Below, one piece after another: positions 60,537 to 64,000 of a stretch of 64,000 bases of DNA (position 1 is its first letter; each line of letters begins with the position of its first letter). Under the pieces are notes generated by a model. The model saw only the letters and a list, made by a program, of their open reading frames with translations, did not search any database and had not been told where the DNA came from. This stretch comes from an uncultured Gammaproteobacteria bacterium (lineage in GTDB: Bacteria; Patescibacteriota; Patescibacteriia; Magasanikbacterales; UBA922), in contig CAZQXB010000001.1 in NCBI GenBank assembly GCA_964597575.1, positions 594,511 to 658,510 on the forward strand, given 5' to 3'. Both the position numbers and the translations under genes were made by a program.

Positions 60537-62222
60537 TTAATATTTTAATTCTGATAAATAATTAGCGACCTTTTTATCAATTGCTTCGCGGGTTTTTTCA
60601 ATCTCCCTCACTTCACTCCACACCGTTTTTACATCCACCACCTCTTCATCTTCGCCATTTTCTACATAGCGACGTACGTTGAGATTGAACTCGTTTTCTT
60701 CGAGCTCCTTAATATCCACCACGCGAGCGTATTTTTCAATATCTCGGTAGCTTTCAAATGCTGACACCATTTTCTCGATATCCTTCTTGCGTAGGCGGTT
60801 TTGATTTTTTCCTTCCTCGTAATCTTGCTCGGCATCAATGATAAGGATTTTATCCTTATGATTCTCTGGCTTGTTTTTGTTGAATATCACAATTGCCGCC
60901 GGAATACCTGTACCATAGAAAAGTTTTGCAGGAAGAGCGATAATGGCTTCTATAAGATCGTTCTTGATAAGTTCCTCACGGATACGACCTTCGGCACCTC
61001 CACGGAAAAGCACGCCATGCGGAAGCACGATGCCGGCGCGGCCGTTTTCGTTCATTGACTTCACCATGTGGAGCACAAAAGCGTAGTCGGCTTTTTTTGC
61101 CGGAGGCATTTCGTAGCCCGCCACTCGTCCATGTTTGTCATTCTTGAATATCTCATACTCCCACTCGCTTATGGAGTAAGGCGGATTGGCAACACAAATA
61201 TCAAATGTCTTGAGCGAGCCGTCAGGATTGAGAAACTTTGGATCAGCAAGTGTATCTCCGCGTTGAATGTTGGCACTATCAAGTCCATGGAGGAACATGT
61301 TGATTTTCGCAATCGCGTATGTCCCGATGTTTATTTCCTGTCCGTAGAGGTAGAGTGAGCGAGCTTTCTTTTCTCCTGCGCTCAGTCTGAGATGGTGATA
61401 GGCCTCCAAGAGGAAACCACCCGAGCCGACCGCCATGTCGTAGATGTGGTCTTTCTCGTGGGGCTTAAGGATACTGACGATCACACGCTCAACTTCCCGC
61501 GGAGTATAAAATGATCCTCCTTTTTTTCCGGCGTCCGCGGCGAACTGCGCAATTAAATACTCGTAAGCATCGCCAAGTAAATCAGTGCTTATGTAATTGT
61601 CACCAAAATTATACTTAGAAAAATGATTGATTAACTTTTGCAGAACCTCGTTTGGAAATTTGTCTTTGTTGGCAAAATCAAGGTCATCAAAAATCTTGTC
61701 CAGCTTCGGACTGTTGGCATTGGTTAGCTTATCAAAAATTTCGTTGAGCTTGTGGCCGATACCTTCGGCTTGTTTTTGTATGACTTCCCATCGACATTCC
61801 TTTGGAACCTGAAACTTGTGATTGTGATCCGCCTTGGCTATTTCTTCATCATGATATTCCTCAAGAATTTTTTTGTATTCTTCGTCCCACACATCACTAA
61901 TTCGTTTATAGAAAAGAAGACCAAAAATATATTTTTTATAATCTGCACTATCTATTCTGTCGCGCAAAATATCTGCACTACTCCAAAGGAATTGCTTAAG
62001 CTGTGTTAGGTCCATTTTTCCTTCATCATCAGTCAGTGGCGCACCGAGATCTTTGACAATGCTTTTGTCATTAGCTATTTTTTCCAAATCTTCAGGACGA
62101 TATTTTCTGTCACCACGGGGACCAACACGCATAGGAGTAATCAAACCTTTTTTCTCCCAATTCCTCAATGTGTCTTTATCTAGACCAAAAATCTTTGCCA
62201 CCTCACTAATCGAAAGTAACAT
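60537..62222 (-). CDS. hsdM: type I methyltransferase subunit M with N-terminal MerR/Xis-like HTH fusion
   Basis: LSISEVAKIFGLDKDTLRNWEKKGLI..R...GDRKY HTH, then LWSSADILR, GDAYEYLI..FA..AGKKGG.FYTP, DMAVGSGG, NPPY, LPHGVLFRG. Confidence 0.94.
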   Translation of the reverse strand: MLLSISEVAKIFGLDKDTLRNWEKKGLITPMRVGPRGDRKYRPEDLEKIANDKSIVKDLGAPLTDDEGKMDLTQLKQFLWSSADILRDRIDSADYKKYIFGLLFYKRISDVWDEEYKKILEEYHDEEIAKADHNHKFQVPKECRWEVIQKQAEGIGHKLNEIFDKLTNANSPKLDKIFDDLDFANKDKFPNEVLQKLINHFSKYNFGDNYISTDLLGDAYEYLIAQFAADAGKKGGSFYTPREVERVIVSILKPHEKDHIYDMAVGSGGFLLEAYHHLRLSAGEKKARSLYLYGQEINIGTYAIAKINMFLHGLDSANIQRGDTLADPKFLNPDGSLKTFDICVANPPYSISEWEYEIFKNDKHGRVAGYEMPPAKKADYAFVLHMVKSMNENGRAGIVLPHGVLFRGGAEGRIREELIKNDLIEAIIALPAKLFYGTGIPAAIVIFNKNKPENHKDKILIIDAEQDYEEGKNQNRLRKKDIEKMVSAFESYRDIEKYARVVDIKELEENEFNLNVRRYVENGEDEEVVDVKTVWSEVREIEKTREAIDKKVANYLSELKY

Positions 62223-62247
62223 ACTTTATATACTATCTTTTTAATAT

Positions 62248-62316
62248 TTCATATGTTATCATAGGTTCATTGTTTCCGTCAAACTTTTTACAAAAATTCA
62301 TAAGTTTTCATAGGTT
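62248..62316 (-). promoter_or_regulatory. hsdM promoter with two pairs of tandem 10-bp direct repeats (candidate operator)
   Basis: TTCATATGTT-ATCATAGGTT (62248-67) and TTCATAAGTT-TTCATAGGTT (62297-316) flank a minus-strand TTGACG (62282-77), 18 nt, TGa-TAACAT. Confidence 0.6.
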
Positions 62317-62396
62317 AGAGGGTTTTTACCTCTTGCCATCCTCCGCCCCACTGAGGTGGGAACCTTCCGGTTCCCAAACCCCTGTTCGAATCCACT

Positions 62397-62504
62397 CTAC
62401 CCAAAAATTATATAAGAGCACCATGAGGCGCTCTTATATAATTGCGGTGTGTATTGGACGAAGTTCGAATGTATTTCGGGAAAAATCCGCAGGATTTTGA
62501 CTGA
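62397..62504 (+). repeat. right att-like site: 38-bp near-palindrome + TGCGG-N17-TCGAATG
   Basis: AATTATATAAGAGCACCatgaGGCGCTCTTATATAATT (62406-43), TGCGG (62443-47), TCGAATG (62465-71); reads LRCVLDEVRMYFGKNPQDFD-stop from 62442. Confidence 0.7.
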
Positions 62505-63012
62505 TTCGCACGCGCGGAGCGCGTGGTGGCTTTGACCCAAATCGTACGCTCCGATTGCCTGGTGAAGCGAACCAATGCGCCTCGGACACGCTCGCGGACT
62601 CGCGTGTGCAAAAGCCAAAAAAATTTCCTTGCATTTTTCTCGCGTCTCCTCCCCCCACCCCTCCGCCGCGAAGCGGAAAAAGAAATGGAAAGGAAATTTT
62701 TTGGTTTTGCTTCGCCGTTTCAGTCTCCAAAAAGAGCATCTCTATTTTATCACTTTTGATATGCTCTTTTCTCTGCCTTCACGGCGACCGAGGCGCACCT
62801 CCTATCCGCGTTCGGTGGTAACTCGGTACTCCGCGAACCACGCACAAGTGCCTACGCATAGCCCGCTCGCATTCGCTCGCGCTGGCTGCTTCGGCATTGT
62901 GCGTGTTCGCTCGGTGGCTTCGTTGGAGTAGGTGGTAACTCTAAAAAGAAGTTTGTGCTAAAGCACAAACAAATCTCTATGTGCTTGCCCCACCCACCCA
63001 GTGCGCGCACAG

Positions 63013-63036
63013 AAAACCACCTGCTGACGCAGGTGG
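63013..63036 (-). terminator. intrinsic terminator of the cupredoxin operon
   Basis: CCACCTGC-tgac-GCAGGTGG with T-tract on the minus strand. Confidence 0.7.
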
Positions 63037-63048
63037 CTCCCTTGAAAA

Positions 63049-63450
63049 CTAACTCGATTTAATTTGAAAATTGTACATTCCCATTCCGCACACACCCTGT
63101 ATTTTTTCGCCAGATTTTGGAGTGCCAAGGTCAATCACTTCTTCGCCAGATGGTTGTAATATTTTTTGAAAACCTGTCGAGCGGATAACGAGTGATGCAG
63201 AGCAATCGTATGTGCCGTTTGTCTTTACAATAAGTTTTGTAGGTAGGTTCGGTTGTATAATCGATTGGCGTGGCGAGTACCCACCCTTCGCATCCACGGT
63301 GACATATTGCACACCGTCTTTTACTTCAACATTTTGAGATTGCGAGACAGCACCATTTTCGGAAGAAGTAGGTTTTTCAGACACAAAATACAGCGTTCCA
63401 CCAATGATAACGATGCTGATGATAATGGAAATGATTGTGTTCTTTTGCAT
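63049..63450 (-). CDS. membrane-anchored cupredoxin-like domain protein
   Basis: QYVTVDAKGGYSP, GTYDCS, CGMGMY copper-site-like motif. Confidence 0.82.
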   Translation of the reverse strand: MQKNTIISIIISIVIIGGTLYFVSEKPTSSENGAVSQSQNVEVKDGVQYVTVDAKGGYSPRQSIIQPNLPTKLIVKTNGTYDCSASLVIRSTGFQKILQPSGEEVIDLGTPKSGEKIQGVCGMGMYNFQIKSS

Positions 63451-63468
63451 AGAGATTAACTAGTAAAA

Positions 63469-64000
63469 TTATACATTAAATAACGGGTTGATAATACCAA
63501 GCCCCGCAAGCCCAGCGAGAAGCGCAAAAATTCCAAGACCGATAACAACCACTCCCGCAGATTTGAAAAAGAGCGGAGCATATTTTGATTGAGCAATCGA
63601 AGCAGAGCCGAAAGATAGAAGTGCGAGCATTGGAAGCGTACCGAGCGCGAATGCGGTCATAATGAGTAGGCCCGACAAGAATGAACCGCTTGATAGAGCC
63701 GCAACCTGCATCGCCTGAGTGAAGCCACAAGGCAAGAAGAAAGTCCCGACACCGACAAGAAATGGAGCGATGGTTTTGTGTTCTACCTTACGGAAAAAGC
63801 TAAATACACCAGATGGCAAAGCAATCACGTTTTTCTTAAACAAACCTACGAGATTAAGCCCGAGCACGATCATCACGACGGATGCAAGGATTCCAAGTAT
63901 CGCCGTGAGGGTAAAACTTATGCCGATCGCGCTTCCAATGGTACCGAGCATCCCACCGAGCACCGCAAAACTCACTAATCGCCCTCCGTGGAAAAGCATC
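63469..64000 (-). CDS. DsbD_2/TauE-like heavy-metal-associated membrane protein (3' part; 5' end outside the window)
   Basis: FHGGRLVSF..LGG.LG, FFLPCGFTQAMQ, FALGTLP; upstream of cupredoxin gene. Confidence 0.82.
   Translation of the reverse strand, partial: MLFHGGRLVSFAVLGGMLGTIGSAIGISFTLTAILGILASVVMIVLGLNLVGLFKKNVIALPSGVFSFFRKVEHKTIAPFLVGVGTFFLPCGFTQAMQVAALSSGSFLSGLLIMTAFALGTLPMLALLSFGSASIAQSKYAPLFFKSAGVVVIGLGIFALLAGLAGLGIINPLFNV

Larger units (their letters stand above)
52641..62504. mobile_element. ~9.8-kb type I R-M/defence island flanked by direct att-like repeats; no integrase in the window
   Basis: Matching flanking sites in direct orientation, self-contained hsdM-cargo-hsdS-fic-hsdR-ygjP-like operon, truncated gene at the left edge. 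Confidence 0.6.

Noticed and set aside
62341-62400. Possible tRNA gene (GTTCGAATCC T-loop motif)
   Set aside because: No acceptor stem, D-arm or anticodon arm can be built around it; treated as a tRNA-like fragment near the att-like site.
62810-62945. Integron attC site
   Set aside because: Long imperfect palindrome, but the ends do not fit RYYYAAC/GTTRRRY, and there is no cassette array or integron integrase.

Overview
Chromosomal segment of a bacterium using the standard genetic code. Gene content (Gmad2-domain protein, prepilin peptidase, short VirD4/DUF87-type ATPase, many membrane-anchored orphans) suggests a Patescibacteria/CPR (Parcubacteria-like) organism; this is inference. Housekeeping genes include gltX (partial), clpB with a CIRCE operator, a SUF Fe-S cluster region (sufB, sufD, sufS, sufU, sufC, SufT-like, two ferredoxins, IscS-like desulfurase, FNR-like reductase), pyrG, era, gatA/gatC, ligA, bcp, mscL, a P-type ATPase, a PIF1 helicase, a MerR/TipAS regulator, an ABC exporter and ppaC. 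Main highlights: (1) a cobalamin riboswitch with promoter and expression platform controls an operon with no known B12 function (838-aa acidic protein ending -AIAA, a Clp-like AAA+ ATPase lacking the N-domain, a 94-aa protein and a VirD4/HerA-like ATPase); (2) a ~9.8-kb type I R-M island bounded by two matching att-like sites, with HsdM fused to a MerR/Xis-like HTH, candidate 10-bp operator repeats, and an embedded MBL-hydrolase + membrane-protein pair and Fic gene; (3) two unannotated GC-rich transcription units with their own promoters and terminators (a ~95-nt hairpin RNA, and a 31-aa sORF with a structured 3' RNA). All family assignments come from motif recognition by eye, not database searches.
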